A DNA stretch of 63,078 nt, filler included, from Octopus bimaculoides (GCF_001194135.2; 5 parts of 5 records of this genome joined end to end with filler, not necessarily neighbours in it); one strand, 5' to 3'; counted from the first letter of the whole stretch, positions 25,867 through 39,100 are shown. A program made the numbers and translations. Notes: a model not told the origin generated them from the letters alone.

Positions 25867-27096
25867 GTATGCATATGTATGTGTACATGTATATATATGT
25901 ATGTGTAAGTATGTATGTATGTATATGTACGTTTGCAGACAGCATTTGACTTAGTTCAGAAGATGTACAGTTTTCCTTACAAAAACACCAACAGACATCA
26001 CCCTGTGTTTTATCATTGTGAGGTCAGATCGTACAACCAAGTTGGAGTTTTATGTCATGAACTTGGTTTTCTTAAATCATAAACTTCATTACGTTTCTAA
26101 TGAATTGACAGTAACTAGGTAGAAATTTGTAAGTGATTACCAGCATTTGTGTTTGAATGTTATTTATTTTACTTGATCAATGCTAAGTAAACAATAAATG
26201 TATTTCACTTGGCATGTCATTTGCTAACTGACAAAAGATCCAATGATGAATACATCTGTTACTTGTTAGTTTATTCAGCCAACAACACCTCACTACCATA
26301 GTGCGATTAAACATAGAAGCGAAGCATGCATAATTAGTTCCAGGTAGAATTGTTGAATATGGCAAACAATGCAGCAACAGGGAAGTTGAGCAACAGCATG
26401 GACCATCATCAACTGTAAAAAATTATTTATGACTGGAGGAAACAGGAGGAGACGTTAAAGGAAATGGAAAAAAAAAAACATATAGACTTTATCATAAAGA
26501 AATAACTTTTATTCAACTCAAGAAAGACATAAAATTATGGATATACAATCAATAACGTATGAGGTATACAGTCTCAACAAAGATGATAATGTGTGAGGTA
26601 GGATATGGAAAATGCTTATGATTTTACTGATCTTCATCTTTGTGCAGCATAGTTATGAAGAGGTATAGTGCATGCATAAAACTAAAGACCAGGTTGCATG
26701 GAAGATACCTGATAAATATGAAGAAAGTATCCAAAAATTTCCCAAATGTTACCAACGCTAGGATGGAAGTAAATTATGAAAATAAGCAATAGGGATGAAA
26801 TGCCATTAATATATGATGTACCATCAAATAAAGTAGTGAAGCTTGAAGAACAGAATAAAAATAAAATAATAAAAGATAGAATTTAAAAAATAAGGAAACT
26901 TAAATATTAAACAAAATAAAAAAAAATGTTTGAAGAAATAAAAATAGTCAGTAAATAAGAAAAGAGAAGGAAGAGGTCAAATGTTTGGGCGCCAGGAGTT
27001 GTACAAAGTTGTTAAAAATAAAGAAAAGGAGAGGGGAAGAAAGAGTGGGGTTTAGGGTAGATGGATGCTGACTTTAAGGTAGTCATAGTGAATATT

Positions 27097-27640
27097 AGGA
27101 GTGGCTGTGTGGTAAGTAGCTAGCTTACCAACCACATGGTTCCGGGTTCAGTCCCACTGCGCGGCATCTTGGGCAAGTGTCTTCTACTATAGCCTCGGGC
27201 CGACCAAAGCCTTGTGAGTGGATTTGGTAGACGGAAACTGAAAGAAGCCCGTCGTANNNNNNNNNNNNNNNNNNNNNNNNNNNNNNNNNNNNNNNNNNNN
27301 NNNNNNNNNNNNNNNNNNNNNNNNNNNNNNNNNNNNNNNNNNNNNNNNNNNNNNNNNNNNNNNNNNNNNNNNNNNNNNNNNNNNNNNNNNNNNNNNNNNN
27401 NNNNNNNTATATATATATGTATGTGTGTGTGTATGTTTGTATGTGTGTGTTTGTCCCCCCAACATCGCTTGACAACCGATGCTGGTGTGTTTATGTCCCA
27501 GTAACTTAGCGGTTCGGCAAAAGAGAACGATAGAATAAGTACTAGGCTTCTAAAGAATAAGTCCTGGGGTCGATTTGCTCGACTAAAAGGCGGTGCTCCA
27601 GCATGGCCACAGTCGAAAGACTGAAACAAGTAAAAGAGTA
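27097..27640 (+). mobile_element. Full-length tRNA-derived SINE family A (internal microsatellite/gap)
   Basis: A box tggctgtgtgg, B box ggttcagtccc; shared body and tail seen in several other copies in the window. Confidence 0.9.
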
Positions 27641-28636
27641 AGTATTTCAGTGCACATAGAATAAAAGGATAAATGTTAGAAGAAATGAAATGGTCAAGAA
27701 TAAGAATAAGAAAAAGGAAAGAAAGAGGTCAAATATTTAAGAGTGAGGGTTAGGTGGAGTTAAGAAAGAAGAGGAGAGGGAGAAGAAAGAGAGGGATATA
27801 GAAGTAGAAAGTTGTAGCCTTTAAGGGGAAACATAGTAGGTACAGTTAAAGTTTGTTGCTTACTACTTCACAGTAAATATACACATTTGCATACCTATGC
27901 ATATACGCGCACGCTCACTGCATGCCTATAGTATCAACATAGTATGCACACGTGCAAAGGATGTATGTATGTCTACTGTGACAGACAGGTTGTCCCGTCC
28001 AGCGGGAATGTATGTGCCACAAAATCTTGGAAACTGGTCTTATGAGCTTATGGCTTGAGAAGGACCTTCGATCCTTTTTTTTTTTTTCATACATATATGC
28101 ATGTTCTAAATTCCAAAGCATTCAGGAAGGGACTCCAGAAAGCAACACTGAAGATATAGTCATGTATTGTATCGATATATGTATACAAGACATACATACA
28201 CATATGTAGAATTCTTTTGGTTTATGATGGAAATTTTGAAAAAGAGAAATTGATAAGAACTCTAATCTCTATATATCTTAAATAAGGAATCACTCTTCAG
28301 AGGAAAAAAAATATTCGGTTTTTGAAGAGAAAATCATGTTTTATTTCTCTATTTATTTATTTAAAATCGTAAATTTTATTGTTGAAAACGAAACATGTGA
28401 ATGGAGAATACAAAAGAAAAAGCAAAGAAGCTGTTGTGTGCCTTTATTGTCAAACAGTATTTCTCTGAGTATGTATATGTGTGGGAAGAGATGTTTACAT
28501 TGCTTTCGCGAACTCTCTGTTATGTATTATATAGTAAAGCAACCATCAGCCAAAACATAATTTAAAGTGGCACTAAAAAGTGTTAGGAGTTATCTGTCCC
28601 TTTACTTATTATCGTATTAAAGTTGTAAATGTCCGA

Positions 28637-28748
28637 ATGGCTCTAAACAGTATATTCCGGCCAAACCTTTATCACCATAAAGTAGCAATTGTTACCGGTG
28701 GTGCTACTGGAGTAGGTTTAGCAATCACAACAGAACTATTGCATTTAG
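28637..28748 (+). CDS. PECR: Exon 1 of peroxisomal trans-2-enoyl-CoA reductase-like SDR (partial)
   Basis: MALNSIFRPNLYHHKVAIVTGGATGVGLAITTELLHL(G): TGxxxGxG Rossmann motif in a PECR-like context, followed by a phase-1 donor G|GTATGG at 28749. Downstream exons were not found. Confidence 0.8.
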
Positions 28749-28990
28749 GTATGGATTTTAGAGAGGTGTTTTCACATTGGCTTTTATTATTATTTGTCAG
28801 TACGGTGTTCCTGTTTTTAGGTTCTAGTTTTTGTCTCTTTTTCTTTTTTTTTCTTTTTGGTTGCAGTCATTGGAACGTGATTACGCTTCAATTATTTAGT
28901 ATTTTATTCAGTATTTAGATCAGTCGCTATGTCGAACTATGTACTAAGTTTCTTTATTTAAAAACACAATACAGCGAACGCTTATTAACA

Positions 28991-29075
28991 TACTGTATAA
29001 ACTCGTTTATAAGTCGCACCTTTGTCCCCTGAGATTTTCACCTTAAGTTGGGGGTGTGATTATATGCGCGACACT
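28991..29075. mobile_element. Tc2/pogo-like terminal remnant
   Basis: tactgtataaactcgtttataagtcgcacc…ggtgtgattatatgcg internal inverted motif typical of such termini. Confidence 0.35.
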
Positions 29076-29386
29076 TGGAATAACCGAATAGGATAAAATG
29101 TTACATTATAAACAATGGTTTCTAAAGTGCTTGGACTTGGGCTAATGCAGTTTCGCACCTCTCCTTGAAAAATGTATTTTTGCGAAAACCTTTGGTGGAC
29201 ATTGGAATTAGACACTGAGGGAAAATGGATGTAACTTTTTTATTTTTTAATTTTGGCGATTTTCGATTCCCCGTAAAAAAAATTTTGGACCCAACTCCCC
29301 CACACACACGGGGGGAGGGGAGGTATTTATTATTTTATTTAGGCGATTTTCATTTTTGACATTGTGTTCTACATGTCCAGGTCGTA

Positions 29387-29637
29387 CCCTAACCCTAACC
29401 CTAACTCCCCTTATTTATTTAATTTTTTTTTACGGAATCCCACGTTTTAGGCTATGGAGATTCCGATTCTGAAAAAAAATTGTTTGAAAAATTTCAATTC
29501 CCCGCCCCACCAAGCAGGCTATTTACATGCTAGAAATAACAGCCAAATCTGGTTAGGGTTAGGGTTAGGGTCAGCGTTAGGGTTAGGGTTAGGTTTACCC
29601 TAACCCTAACTCAAAACCCGACCCTAACCCTAACCCC
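29387..29637. repeat. Interstitial (TTAGGG)n/(CCCTAA)n blocks in both orientations
   Basis: CCCTAA x3 at 29387-29405; TTAGGG tract 29551-29593 joined to CCCTAA tracts 29598-29637, next to a ~950-N gap. Confidence 0.9.
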
Positions 29638-30698
29638 GTTTTCCNNNNNNNNNNNNNNNNNNNNNNNNNNNNNNNNNNNNNNNNNNNNNNNNNNNNNNNN
29701 NNNNNNNNNNNNNNNNNNNNNNNNNNNNNNNNNNNNNNNNNNNNNNNNNNNNNNNNNNNNNNNNNNNNNNNNNNNNNNNNNNNNNNNNNNNNNNNNNNNN
29801 NNNNNNNNNNNNNNNNNNNNNNNNNNNNNNNNNNNNNNNNNNNNNNNNNNNNNNNNNNNNNNNNNNNNNNNNNNNNNNNNNNNNNNNNNNNNNNNNNNNN
29901 NNNNNNNNNNNNNNNNNNNNNNNNNNNNNNNNNNNNNNNNNNNNNNNNNNNNNNNNNNNNNNNNNNNNNNNNNNNNNNNNNNNNNNNNNNNNNNNNNNNN
30001 NNNNNNNNNNNNNNNNNNNNNNNNNNNNNNNNNNNNNNNNNNNNNNNNNNNNNNNNNNNNNNNNNNNNNNNNNNNNNNNNNNNNNNNNNNNNNNNNNNNN
30101 NNNNNNNNNNNNNNNNNNNNNNNNNNNNNNNNNNNNNNNNNNNNNNNNNNNNNNNNNNNNNNNNNNNNNNNNNNNNNNNNNNNNNNNNNNNNNNNNNNNN
30201 NNNNNNNNNNNNNNNNNNNNNNNNNNNNNNNNNNNNNNNNNNNNNNNNNNNNNNNNNNNNNNNNNNNNNNNNNNNNNNNNNNNNNNNNNNNNNNNNNNNN
30301 NNNNNNNNNNNNNNNNNNNNNNNNNNNNNNNNNNNNNNNNNNNNNNNNNNNNNNNNNNNNNNNNNNNNNNNNNNNNNNNNNNNNNNNNNNNNNNNNNNNN
30401 NNNNNNNNNNNNNNNNNNNNNNNNNNNNNNNNNNNNNNNNNNNNNNNNNNNNNNNNNNNNNNNNNNNNNNNNNNNNNNNNNNNNNNNNNNNNNNNNNNNN
30501 NNNNNNNNNNNNNNNNNNNNNNNNNNNNNNNNNNNNNNNNNNNNNNNNNNNNNNNNNNNNNNNNNNNNNNNNNNNNNNNNNNNNNNNNNNNTAAAAATGA
30601 AAAATTTAGGCCGATTTTTGCCAATTTTCTTGCAGATTCGTATTCTCCGTAGCCGAAAACGGGGGTTTGTGTAGAAAAAAAATTTAATTTAAAACGTA

Positions 30699-30971
30699 CT
30701 TCTCGGTAATTTCCGTGAACACGTGTTGTCTTGTCAACTGTCAGTTGACGAAATGGGAAGAGAAAGCTAATGGGTTATATGTGTGTGCGTGCTTGTTCCT
30801 CTGTCTATGTGTACGTGCTTGTTCTTTGTGTGTGTGTGTGTGTGCATGCGCGCTTGTTCCTCTGTGTGTGTGCATGTGCGCTTGTTCGTCTGTGTGTGTG
30901 CGTGCTTACACAGAGGAACAAGCATGCACACACACACAGAACAAGCATGTACACACAGACAGAGGAACAAG

Positions 30972-31014
<43 letters not shown>

Positions 31015-31115
31015 GGAACAAGCATGTACGCGTGTACAACCCATTAGCTTTATCTTCTCATTTTGTCAACTGACAGTTGACAAGACAACACATGTTCATG
31101 GAAATTACCGAGAAG
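30699..31115. mobile_element. 417-bp foldback/MITE with ~85-bp TIRs and modular internal inverted repeats, TA TSD
   Basis: TA-cttctcggtaatttccgtgaacacgtgttgtcttgtcaactgtcagttgac… and its mirror …ggaaattaccgagaag-TA; internal gcttgttcctctgt units are mirrored by acagaggaacaagc. Confidence 0.85.
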
Positions 31116-31137
31116 TACGTCTGCAAAAATCGGCACA

Positions 31138-31306
31138 TAAAAAGCACCCACTACACTCTCAGAGTGGTTGGCGTTAGGAAGGGCATCCAGCTGTAGAAAC
31201 TCTGCCAGATCAGATTGGAGTCTGGTGTAGCCAGTCTCCAGTCAAATTGTCGAACCCATGCTAGCATTGAAAGCGGACGTTAAATGAAAATGATGAATGA
31301 TGATGA
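31138..31306 (+). mobile_element. RTE LINE 3' tail
   Basis: ggcgttaggaagggcatccagctgtagaaac…aaagcggacgttaaatga-(GAT)n. Confidence 0.8.
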
Positions 31307-32389
31307 GTCAAAACATTAGTTTCTCATAAAATGGTGTATATTTAATTTACATTAAATTCTTATTTACGATTATTTAAGACAAACACAAGTAAAGTGCAAA
31401 TTNNNNNNNNNNNNNNNNNNNNNNNNNNNNNNNNNNNNNNNNNNNNTTAATTAATTAANNNNNNNNNNNNNNNNNNNNNNNNNNNNNNNNNNNNNNNNNN
31501 NNATATATACATACATATGTATGTATATACATATATATATATATGCATGTATGCATATATATACATACATATGTATGTATATACATGTATATATATGCAT
31601 GTATGCATATATATACATACATATGTATATGTATATATGCATGTATACATATATATGTATACATGTATGCATGTATACATATGTATATATATATACATAT
31701 ATATGTAAATATGTACAAATTGAAGTGGGGTAGAGGAGAAAAAAAGTTTAAAAAAAACTGCTGTAGCTATTATATAGAATATAATTTTCTACATGAATCC
31801 ACATTTTAAAGCAAGCAGAGTTTGATTTGCCCTAGCTAATTAAATTTACAGAGTAGTAGCCAATAGAGTAATATATGTTGACTCACAAATTCAAAAGTTA
31901 ATGATCTATACTTTTGCCACTTATTCTTCTTATCAGGTTTGAAAGAAGACAGAACATTGTTGAATGTATGACTCCAATTCAGAACATTATACAGCTAATC
32001 CATTAAATAGTCTGGATTTATTCTCTTCACCATCACATATAGTCTAATAAGACTGTTCAAACAGTATTAATCACTAGCCTTCTAGTTATGGTTACCAAAG
32101 ATATTGTCTTGTTTCAGGCTTTTGTTATAGGATTTAAGACTCGAGGGATTTGCTTCAAAGCTAGCAGTTGTATTAACTATTAGAGAGACTTGTTAGATCT
32201 CATATTGGCTAAGAAATGAGATAGTTGTACATGATTTGCTATAAGAAAGGTGTAATTTGTTTATTATGTCACAAATTAGATAAGAATAGTAACATGAGAA
32301 ATTTAAGATTTATTAAGATTTTCTTCTGATTCTCAAAATTAGAAAATTGACTATAGTTAATTATTTATATTGTAATATTGGTTTCAAAT

Positions 32390-32600
32390 TTTGATACAAG
32401 GCCAGCAATTTCAGGGGCGGGAGTAAGCCGATTACATCAATCCTAGTACTCAACAAGTACTTATTTTATCAACCCCAAAAGGATGAAAGGCTAAGTCAAT
32501 CTTGGCAGAATTTGAACTCATAATGTAAAGACTGATGACATGCCACTATGCATTTTGCTTGGCATGCTAATGATTCTGCCAACTCACTGCCTTTGTTAAT
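32390..32600 (-). mobile_element. SINE family B, diverged
   Basis: aaaggatgaaaggctaagtcaatcttggcagaatttgaactc matches the family B core in reverse. Confidence 0.7.
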
Positions 32601-32679
32601 ATAGTAATGATACAGTAATATAGCAATAAGTTACTGCAAGAATCCTGTTGGGATCCTTTTTAGACATAACTCTCATTGT

Positions 32680-33245
32680 TGAATTGTCAAGCAAGCGGTG
32701 GGGGACAAACACAGAGACACACACACACACACATATTTATACGACAGGCTTCTTTCAGTTTCCGTCTACCAAATCTATTCACAAGGCTTTGGTCTGACTG
32801 AGGCTATAGCAGAAGACATTTACTTAAAGTGTCACATAGTTGTTGAAAGTTAATTGTATTATTTTAAGCAAAACAAATTTTAAAATTATTTTGAATATTA
32901 TAAAATCTTGCTAGATATTAAATTGAAGTAGAGAACTACTGTATGACACTTTTGGCAAATGCCTTGTGAGTAGATTTGGTAGACGGAAACTGAAAGAAGC
33001 ATGTTGTATAAATAAATGTGTGTGTGTGTTTGTATGTCTTAGTCTCTGTGTTTGTCCCCCATCACTTGCTTGACAACTGGTGTTGGTGTGTTTACATCCC
33101 TGAAACTTAGTGGTCCAGCAAAAGAGACCAAAAGAATAAGTACCAAATATATAAAATACTGGTGTCGATTCATTTGACTAAAAATTCTTGAAGGCAGTGC
33201 CCCAGCATGGCCACAGTCTAATGATTGAAACAAGTAAATAATGAA
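32680..33245. mobile_element. Two SINE family A pieces head-to-head (32680-32830 minus; 32960-33245 plus)
   Basis: cttctttcagtttccgtctaccaaat…cacaaggc vs gccttgtgagtagatttggtagacggaaactgaaagaag. Confidence 0.8.
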
Positions 33246-33537
33246 AGATGTTCTAGGTAAATGTAAAGTAATCGCAAAATTTTGGTGCAATTTCGTTTGT
33301 TTGGATTTTTCAGAGTTTCAGCAATTCTATTCAAATTAGAAAAGTCCTATATTTACAAATGTAGTGAAATGTATCAATATATTAAAAAGATGCAATTAGA
33401 ATGTTTGAGATTAAATTCAAAGGTCTTGATTTATCCTGGTTGATTTCTCAGGCAAGTGTTTCAGTAAGCAGTTGCAAAATACTATCTCCAAAAGTTGTTC
33501 CCCTTACATCATATTTTTTTCTTTCAGTCGCCTAATA

Positions 33538-33604
<67 letters not shown>

Positions 33605-35078
33605 TGCAATTTCACAAGTGAATGTCCTAAAATTTACTAAGAGATTGAAATAAGTTCTGGGGTTGATTTGATCACATAGAACCTTGAAGATAGTTTCCCG
33701 GGATATCCATAGCTTGTGATATTTATGTATATGCACTTCTGGCAAATTTCTGTGCTTACCACTAACCAAAGCCTTACAACTGAAATTAATAGATGGAAAC
33801 TAAAGGAAACTTGTCATATACATAAGTGCTTGTATTTGTGAGTGCGTGTGTGTGCATGCACATGTTTCTGTGTCTGTATGTTTGTTTGCATTTGTGCTCT
33901 ATGAAATTTGTTTACTACAAGCTGTGTTCTTGTCACTTCATGACATTCAATTCGCATGACACATGAAATAAAGGATACTTTACTTGAAAAACAGCCAAGG
34001 GTTGGCAACAAGAAGAACATCCTGCTGTAAATCAGTGCCTCCACAATATACTCATCTAACCCATACTAGTATGGAAAAAGGAACATATAAATGAATGTAT
34101 GAATGAAAGTATGGATATATATNNNNNNNNNNNNNNNNNNNNNNNNNNNNNNNNNNNNNNNNNNNNNNNNNNNNNNNNNNNNNNNNNNNNNNNNNNNNNN
34201 NNNNNNNNNNNNNNNNNNNNNNNNNNNNNNNNNNNNNNNNNNNNNNNNNNNNNNNNNNNNNNNNNNNNNNNNNNNNNNNNNNNNNNNNNNNNNNNNNNNN
34301 NNNNNNNNNNNNNNNNNNNNNNNNNNNNNNNNNNNNNNNNNNNNNNNNNNNNNNNNNNNNNNNNNNNNNNNNNNNNNNNNNNNNNNNNNNNNNNNNNNNN
34401 NNNNNNNNNNNNNNNNNNNNNNNNNNNNNNNNNNNNNNNNNNNNNNNNNNNNNNNNNNNNNNNNNNNNNNNNNNNNNNNNNNNNNNNNNNNNNNNNNNNN
34501 NNNNNNNNNNNNNNNNNNNNNNNNNNNNNNNNNNNNNNNNNNNNNNNNNNNNNNNNNNNNNNNNNNNNNNNNNNNNNNNNNNNNNNNNNNNNNNNNNNNN
34601 NNNNNNNNNNNNNNNNNNNNNNNNNNNNNNNNNNNNNNNNNNNNNNNNNNNNNNNNNNNNNNNNNNNNNNNNNNNNNNNNNNNNNNNNNNNNNNNNNNNN
34701 NNNNNNNNNNNNNNNNNNNNNNNNNNNNNNNNNNNNNNNNNNNNNNNNNNNNNNNNNNNNNNNNNNNNNNNNNNNNNNNNNNNNNNNNNNNNNNNNNNNN
34801 NNNNNNNNNNNNNNNNNNNNNNNNNNNNNNNNNNNNNNNNNNNNNNNNNNNNNNNNNNNNNNNNNNNNNNNNNNNNNNNNNNNNNNNNNNNNNNNNNNNN
34901 NNNNNNNNNNNNNNNNNNNNNNNNNNNNNNNNNNNNNNNNNNNNNNNNNNNNNNNNNNNNNNNNNNNNNNNNNNNNNNNNNNNNNNNNNNNNNNNNNNNN
35001 NNNNNNNNNNNNNNNNNNNNNNNNNNNNNNNNNNNNNNNNNNNNNNNNNNNNNNNNNNNNNNNNNNNNNNNNNNNNNN

Positions 35079-35113
<35 letters not shown>

Positions 35114-35138
35114 ATGTGTATGTATATATGTATATATA

Positions 35139-36315
35139 CAGGGTGCATAAGGTATTTGAGGATATACCTTTTTTGGGTCATTGCTGCATATTTTGCTAGA
35201 GGCATGCTGTTATTATGGTTATAAAGGCTGAGCATAGCGATTTAGAAATATCTCAATTTTTAAAAGTTGCCAAATCTTTTGCTTACAAAGTTTGTTAGGA
35301 GCTAGAAACTGAAGATGGAAATGTATCACCAGTATCAAAGCATAAAAAGCATTCTAAATGCTCTGAACTCATCAGAACACCTGAATTTATCCAGCAAGTT
35401 CAACAGACATTTATTACAATCCCAGAAAGTCTATGAGGTCAATTGCAAAAGATCTCTGTTTCAGAAGGAACAGTCAGAAATGTTTTCTGCAAAGATATCA
35501 GATATAAGTCTTACATGATGAAGAAAGGTCAATTTGTCAAAAAAAAGCAAAAGAAAATCACTACATCAGATCTAAAAGGCTCTTAAACAAACTGAAAAAT
35601 CAGCAGATTTGATTTGGTTTTTCTCAAACGAGAAAAACTTTGACCAAAATCAAAAAGTTAACAGAAGAAATGACAGATGGTTATGTGCAGACCCTTCTGA
35701 AGTTTCAAGTGTTATGCATACAAAATTTCCTGCAATCCATGGTTTTAGGGGTTGTCATCAATGAAGGATGTGATGCCCCTTTCTTCTCACAAGGCCTTAG
35801 AGTTAACTCTGCCACCTACATTGAGGTTCTGGAAATAATTGTTAAGCCCTGGATAGACAGTGTATGCAATGGAAGGCCATATGTGTTTCAGTAAGGCTCT
35901 GCACTATCACACATGGCTCTAATAACACAGGAATGGATGGCTGAAAATTTTCATGATCACATAACCCCTAACATTTGGCCTCCTAATTCCCCAGATCTCA
36001 ATTCATTGAACTGTTACATGTGGAGCATTGTTGAGAGGTCAATGAACATGCCCATAACACCAAGATTCTTAGAAAGCTGCTACAGTCAGAGTAATGTCCA
36101 AAATGAACCAGGACCACTTGATTCGAATGTATAGATGATTTAGATCTCATATAGAAGCAGTTGTTGAAGCCAAAGGTGGTTTTATTGAATAACATTATAG
36201 AAAAGAAGGTTTATTTTTATCTTCATAGCATTTTTTGATGAATAAAGTTATTATCTGTTATTATATATCTTTTTTTATAAACATAAATCTGTCCTCAAAT
36301 ATCTTACGCACCCTG
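35139..36315 (+). mobile_element. Full-length decayed maT-type (DD37D) transposon
   Basis: TA-cagggtgcataaggtatttgagga … tcctcaaatatcttacgcaccctg-TA. Remnant motifs FSNEKNF and YVFQ*GSA…WPPNSPDLNSLN with 37-residue spacing; all three catalytic Asp are mutated. Confidence 0.85.
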
Positions 36316-36639
36316 TATATGTAAATATGTATATGTGTGTGTGTGTGTGTGTGTATGTGTGTGTATATGTGCATGCGTTTGTGTATATATATATATGCGT
36401 GTGTGTGTATGTGTATATATATATATATATATATAATAATAAATAGCTACTCAAAATACATCACTTTAACTTGGTATCTCTACCTATAAAACAGGTGTGA
36501 TATCCCGTTTTTTTTTGTGTATATATGTGTATGTATGTATATATGTGTATGTATGTATATATGTGTATGTATGTATATATGTATGCATGTATGTATATGT
36601 ATTTACGCGTATGTATGTATATATGTCTGTATATATGTA

Positions 36640-36905
36640 TATATTATCTGGCTTCTGTGCCTGTGGCACGTAAATAGCACCAGCATGATTGATCGTTATC
36701 AACATCGCCTTCCTGGCACTTGTGCCAGTGGCACGTGAAAAGTCATTCGAGCGAGATCGTTGCCAGTGCTGATGGACTGGCTCCTGTGCAGGTGACACGT
36801 AAAATACACCATTTCGAGCATGGCCGTTGATCGTTACCAACGTTGCCTTCCTGGCACTTGTGCCAGTGGCATGTGAAAAGACGTTAAATGACGACGACAA
36901 TGATG

Positions 36906-36910
<5 letters not shown>
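36640..36910 (+). mobile_element. RTE 3' UTR fragment with internal ~53-bp duplication
   Basis: gccttcctggcacttgtgccagtggca(c/t)gtgaaaag occurs twice; ends in gacgttaaatgacg…(GAT)n. Confidence 0.75.
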
Positions 36911-36941
<31 letters not shown>

Positions 36942-36946
<5 letters not shown>

Positions 36947-38378
36947 TCAACATCATTTAACATCTGTTGGCCATGCTGCCATGGGTTGGATAGTGTGATC
37001 AGAGCTGGAAAGCTGGAGAGAGGTGTGCTCCACCAGACTCCAGTCTCATTTGACATGCTTTCTACGGCTGGATGCCCTTCCTAACACCAACCACTTTACA
37101 GAGTGTGTTGGAGGCTTTTACATGGTACCACATGGGTGCTTTTACATGGCACGCATGGGCAGCTTTATGTGATGCTGCATGGGCTCTTCTATGTGTTGAT
37201 GCATGTGCACTTTTACATGGCACCACAGTGGCCCTTTTACATGGCACCACATAGGCCTTTTTATGTGGCACCGCCAAGAGTGCTTTGCCCCACCAAAATG
37301 ATCAGTCTTAACACATCTACTGCAGGGTACAGGTCTTCTTGAGTATGGCAAAATGCCAGGTTTCTCGGTCCTTTGTCATCTCACCTGAAAGGTTCAGCTT
37401 TCTGAGGTTATTCTTCAGTACTTCCTCCTATGCCTTCCTGGGTCTCCCACTTCCTTGTGTTTCATCCACTTTGAGAGATCGGAACTTCTTTATGGAATTA
37501 TCGGCTTCCATCTGCATCACATAACCAAATTAGTGCAGTCTTCTCTCTTGCACACAGCAATCAATTCCTCTTATGCCTAACTTCTCTCTCTCAGAACATT
37601 GGCACTCTGTCAAACATGTACACTTAGATTACATATCCAGTGGAGGATACTAGCCTCATTCCTTTCTAACTTTTGTATGCCCTCTGCAGAGAAACCTTTC
37701 ATGGCTAACAGAGGTAACAACTCCCTGAATTTCCCCCCAGCCTATTCTTACTCTAGCTATCACATTCTCCATGCATTCTCCTCCACTACTAATTTGGTCC
37801 CCTAGGTAGCAAAAATTATCTACTCCCTCTAATGAGCCACCGGGGGATTTTAGAGAATCAAAGTCTCTATAGTTTTTATGGATCCTGTGCATCTTCCACA
37901 TATGAAAACTTTCTTCTCTGCTAACCTTCCAATTAACCCACTGCACTTCTTGTGTGTCCATAACTTGCACTGGGTACACTGTATGCCTACACCTTTCCTA
38001 CAAATTGAACAGAGCCACCTACCTGAATGGAGTAGGATCCTGTTAGTTTTCTTGCTTACTAGGACCTTAGTCTTTGCTTAGTTAACCTTAAGGCCCTTAG
38101 ATTCCAGATTTTGCTTCCACGCCTTGAATTTTTCATCTAGCTCTAATATGGAATCCACTATGAGGGCTTGATCATCAGCATATAGTAGTTCCCAAGGTCT
38201 GCCAGTTTTGAATTCCTCTGTTATGGCCTGGAGGATAATGATGAAAAGGAGGGGACTAAGGACTGAGCCTTGATGAACTTCTACCTGTACATCAAATTCT
38301 TTGCTGTACTTGGGATTAATTCTCACCTTACTGACAGCATCTTCGTACATGGCCTGTCCAGCTTTCACCAGCCACTGT
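36942..38378 (-). mobile_element. 5'-truncated RTE LINE
   Basis: VHQGSVLSPLLF…WELLYADDQALI…ESKGLKVN (38078-38370), FCYLGD…ARVRIGW, then 3' UTR and (GAT)n tail. Confidence 0.9.
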
Positions 38379-38897
38379 GAGAGTGTGTATATATCTATAT
38401 TTACACACATATACAGATATCCATACATAACCACAGAGAGAAAGAGAAAGTGAAACATGTTCAGCAATACACAGATGAATGTGTGTTCCTAGATTTACAA
38501 ACTGTCAGATTCTGCTGGGGATTATATAGGCCATAGAAATTAAGTGATAAGTTGTGTCTTATAGTGCCAAAATTTAAGAAATTATGGAGTAATTCAGATG
38601 CAGATGGCTGGCCACACCACTGTTAATGTGGCCAGTTGGCAGGATTGCCAACATTCTTAGAGATAAATGTCCACATATGAAAATATATGCAGATACAGAG
38701 AGTGAGACATACGTACATACTCATGGACATATGTGTACAGATACAAATATGTATGTCTGTGTGCATGCATGTGTGTACAATGATGCTTATATGTAATATT
38801 CCTACAGGTTCATATGCACATATGTTTAAACAATATAGTATTAGGTATCAGTAAATAAAACATACATATGTGCATATTTATGTATATGTATACACAT

Positions 38898-38936
<39 letters not shown>

Positions 38937-39054
38937 CTTACGTAAATGTGTATCTATCTGTTTGTATGTATATGTATGTATATATATGTATGTGTATGTA
39001 TATATATATGTACATATATGTGCGTATGTGTATCTGTGTATGTATATATATATG

Positions 39055-39100
<46 letters not shown>

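Noticed and set aside
28580-28918. 112-aa ORF as the full gene
   Set aside because: Similarity stops at the G|GTATGG donor; the rest is intronic read-through.
11466-35235. Long ORFs (270-390 aa) spanning N runs
   Set aside because: Open only because N codons are not stops.
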